NCBI GenBank assembly: GCA_030645735.1
Contig: JAUSNP010000006.1
Coordinates: 4,095 to 68,094, forward strand
Direction: 5' to 3'
DNA length: 64,000 nucleotides
Origin: Candidatus Moraniibacteriota bacterium
GTDB taxonomy: Bacteria > Patescibacteriota > Minisyncoccia > Moranbacterales > UBA2206
Shown here: positions 19,165-28,118 of the stretch, in pieces
How the letters are laid out: the number at the start of each line of letters is the position of its first letter
How positions within the stretch are numbered: the stretch's first letter is position 1
The notes under the pieces: model-generated
Databases searched by the model: none
The model's input: only the letters and a program-made list of their open reading frames with translations
Told to the model about the DNA's origin: nothing
Made by a program: the position numbers and the translations under genes

Positions 19165-20475
19165 TTGTTGATATATTCTATGACAATGGATACTAACAAA
19201 AACCAACAAAAAGAATTCAGCAATATTTTCCCAATCACATCCTTGGTCTTACCTGACCATACTCTTTTTGAAATGCTTTATGATCAAGACAACCGGCAAA
19301 CAAATTTCATCAAATGGAAAGCTGGCGAAACCGAAGTAGCCCATTCATTCAAGCTGGAAGAAGATTGGAAGATCGTCCCGTATCGACCGGAAAACCCTTT
19401 GCTACACCAGCGGATTATTCTTTTTCCCACAGAAACCCAGGAGTATTCAGATGATGAAACCCTAATCCGGGAAATCCAATCTTTCATTCATCGCTATGTA
19501 GACGTTTCCGAGACTTTCGAACTCGTTGCTGTCTACTATGTCCTGTTGACGTGGATATATGACACATTCAATGAAATTCCATATTTGCGCGTGAGAGGTG
19601 ACTATGGCAGCGGCAAGACCCGCTTTCTGCAAACCGTTGGCAGTATTTGCTACAAGCCGATTTTTGCTTCTGGCGCTTCAACCGTGGCTCCACTTTTCCA
19701 TATTCTCGATCAGGTAGGCGGCACCCTTATTTTGGATGAGGGCGACTTTCGTTTTAGTGACGAACGAGCTGACATTGCTAAAATCCTCAACAATGGCAAT
19801 GCCAAAGGATTTCCGGTTCTAAGGTGTGAAAAAATCAACCAGCGCGAGTTTGCACCTCGTGCATACACCATCTATGGCCCTAAAATTGTGGCGTCCCGGC
19901 ATGACTATGATGATTTCGCACTGGAGAGCCGGTTTATCACTGAAGATGTCGGACTCGCTGGGGTGCGCGATGATATTCCAATTACTCTACCGATAATTTT
20001 CCAGCATGAAGCCCAGGAACTGAGAAACAAATTACTTTTGTGGCGGTTTCATAATTTCAGCCGGCAGCGCTTTCCGGAAGCCCATGTTGATCCAAAGATT
20101 GACAAAAGGATCAGTCAGATATTCGCCCCGCTTCTAAGTCTCGTTTCTGACCAGGACATTCGAGCCAAAATTGCGAGACTTGCAAGGGACAAAAGCGACG
20201 AGATTCGCAGTGACAGAGGATTTCAGAAGGAGGCCGATGTTCTTATGGCCATTCGAGCGTGTTTGAAAGATGAGCCGATGACAATCTCAGCCATCACCCA
20301 AACTTTCACAAAGCAGTCGGGATTCAATTATGAGCGGCAAATAACGCCGAAATGGATTGGATCAGTGATCCGCAAAAAGCTTCGGCTCCGCACTCGAAAA
20401 AAGAACGGGATTTACGTGTTGGGAGAGAATCAGAAAGAAAAGCTCAAACTCCTTTTCAAAAAATACAATCTCTAA
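19165..20475 (+). CDS. P-loop NTPase of mobile element (possibly VapE/D5-like replication protein)
   Basis: Walker A GDYGSGKT, Walker B-like TLILDEGDF; family assignment tentative. Confidence 0.4.
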   Translation: MLIYSMTMDTNKNQQKEFSNIFPITSLVLPDHTLFEMLYDQDNRQTNFIKWKAGETEVAHSFKLEEDWKIVPYRPENPLLHQRIILFPTETQEYSDDETLIREIQSFIHRYVDVSETFELVAVYYVLLTWIYDTFNEIPYLRVRGDYGSGKTRFLQTVGSICYKPIFASGASTVAPLFHILDQVGGTLILDEGDFRFSDERADIAKILNNGNAKGFPVLRCEKINQREFAPRAYTIYGPKIVASRHDYDDFALESRFITEDVGLAGVRDDIPITLPIIFQHEAQELRNKLLLWRFHNFSRQRFPEAHVDPKIDKRISQIFAPLLSLVSDQDIRAKIARLARDKSDEIRSDRGFQKEADVLMAIRACLKDEPMTISAITQTFTKQSGFNYERQITPKWIGSVIRKKLRLRTRKKNGIYVLGENQKEKLKLLFKKYNL

Positions 20476-20477
20476 AC

Positions 20478-20502
20478 AGGACTTAGGGACTTCAGGGACT
20501 TT
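20478..20502. repeat. Inverted repeat, left copy (three tandem AGGGACTT-like units)
   Basis: aggacttagggacttcagggacttt; reverse complement matches 22607-22631 at 23/25. Confidence 0.65.
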
Positions 20503-20564
20503 GTCCGATGGCCAGCGAGATATATGTCCACAAACTTCCGCGTGACAGGTTGTGATTTTAATGA

Positions 20565-21197
20565 CTATAGAGGCACAAACACGGGCGGGAAAACCCTTCT
20601 TGCAATGAAAACTCCGACTATTCCTACTCCGGGAAATCTCTCAAGGAGCAAGGATTTCATGGCTTTAAAGTGCGCACCAGTAGTTAGCACATCATCGAAT
20701 ATAGCTATGCTTGACGGGATTGGATTCGTCAGGGCCTCGTTTATAGAATATCTCATGCGTATTTCATTTGGAGATGGACGGTCATTTGTATCGTGACTGG
20801 CAACAAAACTATTTTTCTGACACACAAGCTCTCTAATATCCAAGTGCTTTGCAGGGTCAATTTGTTGTAATATTTGCGTTATCCTAGCGTCATACGCGGG
20901 ATCAGCGGGGCTTTTTGATGGTGGAATTGGAACTAGAGTAGTTGTTTCTAGCCATGAACTTTTCAAACCACGTTTAATTATCTGGCCGCATTTTCTGATT
21001 GCTTCTTCTTTCCAATACCATTGGTTAGTTCCCCTATGTTCCGGAGATTTTTTTATATTTAATATCAATGAATTGGTATCACTATATTTAAACCCGCCAC
21101 CACTGGTATAATCACCATGGTAAACACAGATATCACCAGGTTCAAGATAATAATGATCCGGAAATGTAAATTCATCAATGAGCGTAAACAAAGTCAT
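20565..21197 (-). CDS. Phosphoribosyltransferase (PRTase)-fold protein, ComF-like C-terminal domain without zinc finger
   Basis: C-terminal SIAIFDDVLTTGAHFKAMKSLL PRPP-binding-type motif; overlaps dprA stop by 23 nt. Confidence 0.45.
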   Translation of the reverse strand: MTLFTLIDEFTFPDHYYLEPGDICVYHGDYTSGGGFKYSDTNSLILNIKKSPEHRGTNQWYWKEEAIRKCGQIIKRGLKSSWLETTTLVPIPPSKSPADPAYDARITQILQQIDPAKHLDIRELVCQKNSFVASHDTNDRPSPNEIRMRYSINEALTNPIPSSIAIFDDVLTTGAHFKAMKSLLLERFPGVGIVGVFIARRVFPPVFVPL

Positions 21198-22098
21198 TTT
21201 TCAAATGTTTCTTTATGTCTTCATAATCAACTACTCTAATTGCGCCGAGCTTTTCAAATCTCGCGGGCCAAGTAATGTCTGAACGCTTGAAGCAGCTATC
21301 AAGAATGAAAAGCTTTCGCTTTTGATATAATGCCGCTTGGGCCTGTATTAGTGTCCCAGATGTATCGCTTGCTTCAACAATAATGGTAGCTTTAGTAAGA
21401 GCAGACATAGTCTTGTTTCTTTCCGGAAAAAACAACCGATTATGCGTATATATTTGCTGAGAATAACGAAACACTGGCACTTGGCTGATAAGTAAATACT
21501 TTGAAGAAATTAATTTTTGTAAATCGTAATTTTCTTTTGGGTATACCTCAGATATAGGCGTCCCAATAACAGCAATAGTCAAGCCTCCTTCCTCAATCGC
21601 TGTTCTGTGTGCTGTTGTATCAATCCCTTGGGCTAACCCTGAAACTATCGTAAAGTTGTCTTTTACAAGATGTTTAACAAGTTTCACGGTTCTCTTGATA
21701 CCAGCTTCAGATGGTTTTCTACTTCCGACGATTGCAACAGAAGGGGTTTCAACGAGATTCCACCATCCTTGGTAGTAAAGCAGTTCAACAGGATGCATAG
21801 CTTGGCGAAGTTTTTCTGGGTATTCACCTGCATGGTGAATCCGAACACCAAAAGATTTAATATTGGCAGAATTGAGCATTTCGAAGACTTTCTGCCCCAT
21901 ATCCTCGGCCTCAGAGCGCTCGACAAAATCTGATGGCAACGAATTGGGATGCTCCCTGAAAATATCCGCAATCTTTTTAAATGTCGCCCCTTGCTTTGCC
22001 CATAAAACTTCATAGGCACCAAGCTCTAATTTAGGAGAGACGACCATTGAAATCAGGGCATCGTTAGTCCCAGTTTTTAGTAAATCTAGTTGCTGCAT
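21175..22098 (-). CDS. dprA: DprA/Smf (SLOG-fold) DNA-processing protein A family
   Basis: VAIVGSRKPSEAG...IVSGLAQGIDTTAHRTAIEEGGLTIAVIGTPISEVYPKEN...FFPERNKTMSALTKATIIVEASDTSGTLIQAQAAL matches DprA Rossmann domain. Confidence 0.7.
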   Translation of the reverse strand: MQQLDLLKTGTNDALISMVVSPKLELGAYEVLWAKQGATFKKIADIFREHPNSLPSDFVERSEAEDMGQKVFEMLNSANIKSFGVRIHHAGEYPEKLRQAMHPVELLYYQGWWNLVETPSVAIVGSRKPSEAGIKRTVKLVKHLVKDNFTIVSGLAQGIDTTAHRTAIEEGGLTIAVIGTPISEVYPKENYDLQKLISSKYLLISQVPVFRYSQQIYTHNRLFFPERNKTMSALTKATIIVEASDTSGTLIQAQAALYQKRKLFILDSCFKRSDITWPARFEKLGAIRVVDYEDIKKHLKNDFVYAH

Positions 22099-22236
22099 AC
22101 GTAGAACCCTAAAGCTTAAGAGGCGAACCGAATAGATTTATAGATAACGATGGACTTTAACATTTTTGGGTTGGATCGCAAGAGCATTGTAGCTAGACGA
22201 AGTTCACATTATTTCTACAAGATGCGATTATCGAAA

Positions 22237-22485
22237 CTACCGATCTTTGCTTGACTGCGACAAAACAGACGCAGCTAAAGTTTTGGTGTCATCACTATAT
22301 TTATCACTTTGCAGAACTTTTGAGGCCTTGGTTTCGAGTTCCGCCCCTGTTTGCTTGCAAGTGTTCGTCTGAGAAATAACTGATGCTGCAAGGCTTTTCG
22401 CAATCTGCGATGCCTTGGAATCTGTCAAAGTGTTAGCGGCAAGTTTAGCGACTTTGGAAGATGATTGCTTCGTATTTTTGTTCAT
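22237..22485 (-). CDS. Small hypothetical protein with internal K-x-LAASV-x-SQ repeats
   Basis: GGAGGT SD upstream; 82 aa. Confidence 0.3.
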   Translation of the reverse strand: MNKNTKQSSSKVAKLAANTLTDSKASQIAKSLAASVISQTNTCKQTGAELETKASKVLQSDKYSDDTKTLAASVLSQSSKDR

Positions 22486-22606
22486 CACGAATAACCTCCA
22501 TAATTTTGTTAAGCGGGAAAAAGAAACTTATTTTTTGTATACCCGTTCCGCGCAAAAAATCAATGCTGTTGCTAGATTGACTAATATTCAACACCTTTAC
22601 GTCTTT

Positions 22607-22631
22607 CAAGTCCCTAAAGTCCCTAAGTCCT
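22607..22631. repeat. Inverted repeat, right copy
   Basis: caagtccctaaagtccctaagtcct = reverse complement of 20478-20502 with 2 mismatches. Confidence 0.65.
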
Positions 22632-22747
22632 TATTTTCCCATAAAAGTTTGCCGATTTGACAAAAACACCAGTCTTTGCCCTGATATCATTCGGGTATAT
22701 TCTGGACTCAGGGTGGCCACCCTATTTAATTCATTAATATTACGGCT

Positions 22748-23086
22748 ATGTCATCTCCAAAGCTGGGAAGCTATTTGCGCACCTACCGGATCAAGTCCGG
22801 CCTTACGCAAAAAGATGTAGCTGCGCTCCTAGGCCTGGAAACTGGTAGCACAATTTCCAGAACCGAGAAGGGCAACGGCACTCCTTCCGTCAAAGTAATT
22901 TTGGGATATTGTGTGCTTTTCGAAGCACACCCCCAAGAGCTGGTGCCGGGGATTATCCTCGACATTGAAAACACAATCCATGCCGGTGCGCATACCTTAG
23001 AGGGACAGCTCAAGAAACGCCAGAAAACACCTATGGTGCTGGTGCGTCTCAGGTTTCTCGAAAAGCTATCCCAACTCATGGGATGA
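22748..23086 (+). CDS. XRE-family helix-turn-helix transcriptional regulator
   Basis: YLRTYRIKSGLTQKDVAALLGLETGSTISRTEKG HTH_XRE pattern. Confidence 0.6.
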   Translation: MSSPKLGSYLRTYRIKSGLTQKDVAALLGLETGSTISRTEKGNGTPSVKVILGYCVLFEAHPQELVPGIILDIENTIHAGAHTLEGQLKKRQKTPMVLVRLRFLEKLSQLMG

Positions 23087-23104
23087 CCGTATGCCACCAG
23101 AAGT

Positions 23105-23614
23105 ATGAATAATTCACATGAGGTGGAGGTTCACAAGTTAGCCCTTGCCATCGATCCTACCTCACGGGGTTTTGGTTATGCTCTTTTTGAAGGTCCGCAA
23201 ACTCCCCTTGATTGGGGAACCACTGAAATTCGCTCCGATCAGAATCAGAAATCCCTGGAGCGTATCACAAAGCTAATCCGATTCTATCATCCCGAAGTTT
23301 TGATTCTGGAAGACTGCTCAAAAGCGCAAGGCCGCCGCTGCGAAAGAACCAAAATTCTCCTCGATCAAATCGCCGAATATGCCCAGAGCCAAAAAATTCC
23401 GCTTGTGAAGTATTCGTCTGACCGGGTCAGGGAAGTCTTCTCCTTCTTCGACGTTAATAACAAGCAACAAATCGCACAAAGAATTTGCGAGTGGCTGCCC
23501 GAATTGGCACCCCGCATTCCGCCCGAAAGAAAACCTTGGATGAGCGAAGATCGGCGCATGGGCATCTTCGATGCCGTAGCCCTGATTCTCACCTACTATT
23601 ACCTCGAAGAATAA
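23105..23614 (+). CDS. Hypothetical protein, possibly RuvC/YqgF-like nuclease fold
   Basis: LALAIDPTSRGFGYALFEG N-terminus reminiscent of RuvC-like resolvases; tentative. Confidence 0.3.
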   Translation: MNNSHEVEVHKLALAIDPTSRGFGYALFEGPQTPLDWGTTEIRSDQNQKSLERITKLIRFYHPEVLILEDCSKAQGRRCERTKILLDQIAEYAQSQKIPLVKYSSDRVREVFSFFDVNNKQQIAQRICEWLPELAPRIPPERKPWMSEDRRMGIFDAVALILTYYYLEE

Positions 23615-23626
23615 GGAGAAACGACC

Positions 23627-24115
23627 ATGAGAAAGATTTCAACAAGAGAGCGCAGGTTTGTATTTGAGCAACCAGTCAGCGAGGATGAGATTTTGAGCCT
23701 GGCCAGAGAAATCACGACATCTCGATTGATTCGTGCCGGACCTCATATTTCATCATCTCAGTTGGCCAAGGACTTCTTGAGCCAACTGATCGGCAACAAC
23801 GACCGCGAAGTGTATGCGGTAATCTACCTAAATTTACGCCGCCGAATCATTGCTTACGAAGAGTTGTTTCGCGGCACAATCAACGGCACCACCGTATATC
23901 CAAGAGAAATTGTCATCCGAGTTCTTTTCCACAACGCTGTCGCTGTAATCCTAGCCCACAATCACCCCAGCGGTGATCCTGCCCCCAGTTCTGAAGACCA
24001 TCTTATCACCAAGCACGTGAAAGAGGCGCTGGCCTTGGTACAAGCCCGCCTTCTCGATCACTTGATCCTGGCGGGCTCAGCCTGGACCAGTTTCGCGGAT
24101 AGTGGGCTTCTTTAG
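23627..24115 (+). CDS. radC: RadC-like JAB/MPN domain protein
   Basis: VILAHNHPSGDPAPSSEDHLITK JAMM motif; common on integrative/conjugative elements. Confidence 0.7.
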   Translation: MRKISTRERRFVFEQPVSEDEILSLAREITTSRLIRAGPHISSSQLAKDFLSQLIGNNDREVYAVIYLNLRRRIIAYEELFRGTINGTTVYPREIVIRVLFHNAVAVILAHNHPSGDPAPSSEDHLITKHVKEALALVQARLLDHLILAGSAWTSFADSGLL

Positions 24116-24219
24116 TCACATCTTTCCCGAGCAGCTTTCATCCTGTCTGCCCCCGCCATTTGTGGTGGCAACTGGCCTTCCTTGCCCATATTCCAACCCA
24201 AACTCAGAAGGAGAAAACT

Positions 24220-24585
24220 ATGGAATCGACTGCACACGCCCAAGCACCAAGCATCACCGAACGAAAGAGTAGAATTGCATTTTTAAACGACCAATTACGA
24301 AAAACTGGTCTTGGCGGAAAATTTGTTATTACCGGCGGAGTGGCAAGTCTGGGGGATGAAAAGTTAGCTGGCGTTGTAAACGCCATGCGAGAATATGACA
24401 CCTGGAGCGAGGACAACGATCCTCATGGTGAGCATGATTTCGGCATGCTAACTCTCGCCAACTCCCAAAAAGTCTTTTTCAAAATAGACTACTATGACAC
24501 CCGCATGGAATTTGGCTCAGACGACCCGGCTGATCCAGAGAAAACAACACGGGTATTGACCTTGATGCTGGCAGAGGAATACTGA
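24220..24585 (+). CDS. Hypothetical protein (mobile-element associated)
   Basis: GAAGGAG SD then ATG 24220 (MESTAHAQ...). Confidence 0.4.
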   Translation: MESTAHAQAPSITERKSRIAFLNDQLRKTGLGGKFVITGGVASLGDEKLAGVVNAMREYDTWSEDNDPHGEHDFGMLTLANSQKVFFKIDYYDTRMEFGSDDPADPEKTTRVLTLMLAEEY

Positions 24586-24587
24586 CT

Positions 24588-24629
24588 AATCGTCAAAAAA
24601 AGGGAACGTGACTACGTTCCCTTAATTTT
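24588..24629. repeat. 40-bp direct repeat copy 1 (also a bidirectional terminator hairpin)
   Basis: aatcgtcaaaaaaagggaacgtgactacgttcccttaatttt; identical except A-run length to 32473-32512. Confidence 0.7.
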
Positions 24630-24642
24630 TTATTCTTGACCC

Positions 24643-25302
24643 TTATCTGACCTTTGGTTCATTCCAACCATAGACGCCACCTAAATGAAAAGTCACCTGC
24701 CCGCCCTGAGGATATTCCCAATAATCAATAATTCCAGCTTTAACCGAAAGCGGCTCCCCCAATAGATCACGGACCTGACCGTAATTCATGGCCTTGCGAA
24801 GAAGTCTCCATTGAGATAAATTTTTCCACTTGTCGGTAAATACAACGGGCGCACTCTGTGACGTTTCCAGCTGGTGTTCTAAAATATATACTCTTGCCTC
24901 AAGATCTTTAATCTTTTTGTCTACTGAAGAAGATCCACTTTCTTCGTTGGCTTGAATCTTACGAGTTTCTTCAACTGCTTTTATTTCAACCGGATTTTGC
25001 ACTTTTATTGCGGTGGTTGCCGTATCGGCAGGAAGTTCAGTGGCATCTGCAGCTATCGGCGCGACAGAACCTGTTATCCCTTTCCGTAAAAGAGGGTCAA
25101 CCGTTCCCGCCTCTCCAGTGTACGGGTTGATATTCCCTTTGGTGGAGTAATTGTTGGAAATGGTGCTGTCGGGAGCCGTGCGATAATGCGGCTGGACATA
25201 GGTGCCATCTTTACGAACATAGCCCTTAACCTGGACATCCCTGGCGAACACCGAAAGCGGGATTAACAACACCAAAAAGATTGCGATTAAAATTTTCATC
25301 AA
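24643..25302 (-). CDS. Secreted hypothetical protein
   Basis: N-terminal signal peptide MMKILIAIFLVLLIPLSVFA. Confidence 0.4.
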   Translation of the reverse strand: MMKILIAIFLVLLIPLSVFARDVQVKGYVRKDGTYVQPHYRTAPDSTISNNYSTKGNINPYTGEAGTVDPLLRKGITGSVAPIAADATELPADTATTAIKVQNPVEIKAVEETRKIQANEESGSSSVDKKIKDLEARVYILEHQLETSQSAPVVFTDKWKNLSQWRLLRKAMNYGQVRDLLGEPLSVKAGIIDYWEYPQGGQVTFHLGGVYGWNEPKVR

Positions 25303-25565
25303 TCACAGCCGCAAGACGGACTCAACGTGCCATCACAACATAGGGCGCGGCCCTCGCTGCAACCACATACTCCACCATGCCAAGAACAACACCCTCTTCG
25401 CTCAAGCTCCTGGTCAATAAGCTGGCTGGAGACACAAACCTTTTCTTGGAGGGGTGCTGTCGTTTGATGGATCTGCTCGTTGTCGATGCTTGTTTCAGCT
25501 ATTGACGGTGAATAGTTTAAGCCACAAACAGCAAGCGCCAGACAGAGAATCGCAATCTTTTTCAT
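25299..25565 (-). CDS. Small secreted Cys-rich protein (8 Cys in last 30 aa)
   Basis: AGGAGGA SD before MKKIAILCLALAVCG signal; C-terminus GCCSWHGGVCGCSEGRALCCDGTLSPSCGCD; 4-nt overlap with downstream gene. Confidence 0.4.
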   Translation of the reverse strand: MKKIAILCLALAVCGLNYSPSIAETSIDNEQIHQTTAPLQEKVCVSSQLIDQELERRGCCSWHGGVCGCSEGRALCCDGTLSPSCGCD

Positions 25566-25814
25566 TTCCTTTCCTCCTGTTTTGGGTCGGGGCTCATTAA
25601 CAGAAACCGCAAGCACTGTCAGTCCATTGTCTTACCCTTAATGATTAATTTATAGCACTTTATTTTAGCTTATTTGTCAACTTATACCCTTGAATTTCCA
25701 AGGTGAGCCTGCCCGCATTACCTATCAACGCACTTCATTACCCACCGCCCTTAAACCATGTCCTGAGATTCAAGTTTGCCTTCCAAAATTTCGGGCAGCT
25801 GGTTATAACTCACC

Positions 25815-26246
25815 ATGACTAACAAAAAGACCAAACATAAAGACATCGCCCGGATCGACCAAGAGTCTAAGCGTACTTACGGCTGGTATGTCCGAGTCCG
25901 CTACCTCGGCAAAACCCACAGCAAATTCTTTTCTGACAAGAAATGTGGCGGTAAAGATAATAGCCTGCTGACTGCCGTGGCCTGGCGCGATGCCACAGAG
26001 AAAGCGGTTGGTAAACCCCGGACCGACCGGCACATGGTCACCCAGACCCAGATCAGATCGAATACAGGTGAGGTCGGCGTCCGCCTCAACTCAAAGCATA
26101 ATCGTTACGAAGTCAGTTGGGTAGACAAGGACGGCAAGCAGGGTAAAACCTCAGTCTCGATTACTGCCCATGGGAAGTATGGGGCATTTAAGCTGGCATG
26201 TGCGAAAAGGGCGCAGAAAGAGGCGGAACGAATTGGTGTGGAGTAG
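25815..26246 (+). CDS. AP2-like DNA-binding domain protein (domain often N-terminal in integrases)
   Basis: YGWYVRVRYLGKTHSKFF...LLTAVAWRDATEKA pattern; tentative. Confidence 0.35.
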   Translation: MTNKKTKHKDIARIDQESKRTYGWYVRVRYLGKTHSKFFSDKKCGGKDNSLLTAVAWRDATEKAVGKPRTDRHMVTQTQIRSNTGEVGVRLNSKHNRYEVSWVDKDGKQGKTSVSITAHGKYGAFKLACAKRAQKEAERIGVE

Positions 26247-26311
26247 CCGCAAGGCAACCGCGTCCTCTTGCTCTCCCCATCAGGGATGAATTAAAAACCA
26301 CGGAGGTAGTT

Positions 26312-27262
26312 GTGAAAAAAATCATTTTGATAATTATTCAATTACTTGTCAGTGTGTCCATTGCCTTTGGGCAAGGTAACGGGAAGCTTCAAATCCATTT
26401 TATTGATGTTGGTCAAGGTGATGCGGCCCTTCTTATTTCACCGAAAGGTGAAACGGTATTGTTTGATAACGGGGTCGCCAAATTTTGCAACATGCCCGTG
26501 TCGTATTTGCAGCAATTAGGATTGGGTGAAATTGATTATCATATTGCCACGCATTACCACGACGACCATATCGGTTGCTCATCGGAAGTTCTAAGCGTGT
26601 TCCCATTAAAAAAACAAGCTTTTGACAGGGGATACACATACTCATCAGGTGTATACACAAAATACGAAAAAGCAGTCGGCGCTAAACGAAAGAAAGCAAC
26701 TCAAGGCGATAAAATTGTACTCGATTCCACATCTGAAACCCCCGTATACATCGAGTTTGTAGCGTTAAACGGCGGTGGGATAAATACTTCAAACGAGAAT
26801 GATTTGAGCCTAGTGTCGGTTGTCCATTATGGCAAGTTCGATGCTGTTATAGGTGGCGACCTAAGTGGGTTTGACGAGAATGATTATAAAGATATTGAAA
26901 GCACAGTGGCCAACAAAGTTGGACAAGTTGAGGTGTATAAAGTTCATCATCATTGTAGCAGCTACAGTACAAATGACACTTGGTTGTCAGTTGTAAAGCC
27001 TAAGGTCGGTATTATTTCGGCGTCAGGGACAATTGGAAGAAACCACAACCATCCGACTCAAAACTGTCTTGAAAGGCTTCATAAAGCAGGTGTGAAAACC
27101 TATTGGACCGAGATCGGTGGAGGTGCGACCCCTGAGCCTGCATGGGATGTCGTGGGTGGAAACATTGTTGTTGAAGCCGAGCCAAATAAAGATACTTTCA
27201 CAGTAGTTTATAATTGGTCTAACAAAGACACATATCCCTTGTGGGAGACGAAAGAACAATAG
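26312..27262 (+). CDS. Secreted metallo-beta-lactamase-fold hydrolase (ComEC C-terminal domain-like)
   Basis: GGAGGT SD then GTG; signal peptide; HFIDVGQGDAALLISPKGETVLFDNG and HYHDDH motifs. Confidence 0.55.
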   Translation: MKKIILIIIQLLVSVSIAFGQGNGKLQIHFIDVGQGDAALLISPKGETVLFDNGVAKFCNMPVSYLQQLGLGEIDYHIATHYHDDHIGCSSEVLSVFPLKKQAFDRGYTYSSGVYTKYEKAVGAKRKKATQGDKIVLDSTSETPVYIEFVALNGGGINTSNENDLSLVSVVHYGKFDAVIGGDLSGFDENDYKDIESTVANKVGQVEVYKVHHHCSSYSTNDTWLSVVKPKVGIISASGTIGRNHNHPTQNCLERLHKAGVKTYWTEIGGGATPEPAWDVVGGNIVVEAEPNKDTFTVVYNWSNKDTYPLWETKEQ

Positions 27263-27498
27263 CCTAGAAAACTTGGTGAAAGGTAGCTCTCCGCCATATG
27301 GTAAGAGGGTGCATGATAATTGTCAGTGATGTTGAAATTTCACGCGCTGATAAAATAATAGGCCCGGTCTCTTTATAGGGCCACCTGCAATCGCTTTCCA
27401 TTGCCCCTGTTTAGAAAAAGGCGAATGACACAATAGGGTTATAGGGTTAAGGTAGGTTAAGCGTGTCAAACGCCCCTGAGACATAATCTGATAGTTTT

Positions 27499-28068
27499 TT
27501 ACTGCCCTGTACCCTTCATGGTTTTATCCAAATCAACATCCCCTAAAGGCAAAGAGACAGAGCTTCCAGACTGATAAATAACCAACTTATCACCCTGGAC
27601 AATAGCAGAATCACAAGGCAACCAAGCGCCATTTTTCAAGTGTACCTTTTTTATGCTATTGCTATTTCCGCTGCCACTGACAATAGGATCAATGCTACTT
27701 CCAACTGAATTGTTAGATTTGTAAGCATTATTGTCCATAGAAGGCGGAGGTTTAACAGCTGGTGGAGTGCTCGGTGCCGGGGTGTACGTGCTATACCCAC
27801 CACCACTACCAGAATAATGACTTGAATGACTGGCATGGCTTCGATGACTTGAGTGGCTACGATGGCCAGCAAGCACCATATTGCCAGAATCATTAGCTCC
27901 TCCTTGCATAAGGAAAAGATCCGGTTTTTCAGATCTTCTCAGAGGCATTGTCGCAAGCATGCGAACAAATTCGGTTTGCATTGCCTGGCTTTTGCTGGAA
28001 TCAAGCCCGAGCATCGTCAGAGAGAACACAATCATAGCCCAAATTTTCAACATCACCCATCTAGCCAT
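27499..28068 (-). CDS. hxsA: His-Xaa-Ser repeat protein (HxsA-like), secreted
   Basis: Signal peptide; run HRSHSSHRSHASHSSHYS = six consecutive H-x-S repeats, followed by Gly/Ser/Pro-rich region; adjacent to two rSAM genes. Confidence 0.6.
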   Translation of the reverse strand: MARWVMLKIWAMIVFSLTMLGLDSSKSQAMQTEFVRMLATMPLRRSEKPDLFLMQGGANDSGNMVLAGHRSHSSHRSHASHSSHYSGSGGGYSTYTPAPSTPPAVKPPPSMDNNAYKSNNSVGSSIDPIVSGSGNSNSIKKVHLKNGAWLPCDSAIVQGDKLVIYQSGSSVSLPLGDVDLDKTMKGTGQ

Positions 28069-28118
28069 TAGTATGCCCCTTTCCTGATGTTGTTGATAAC
28101 ATTATGACACCGGTTCTA

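Noticed and set aside
20524-20796. Plus ORF 20524..20796
   Set aside because: Lies antisense within PRTase-like gene and spans the IR-L repeat
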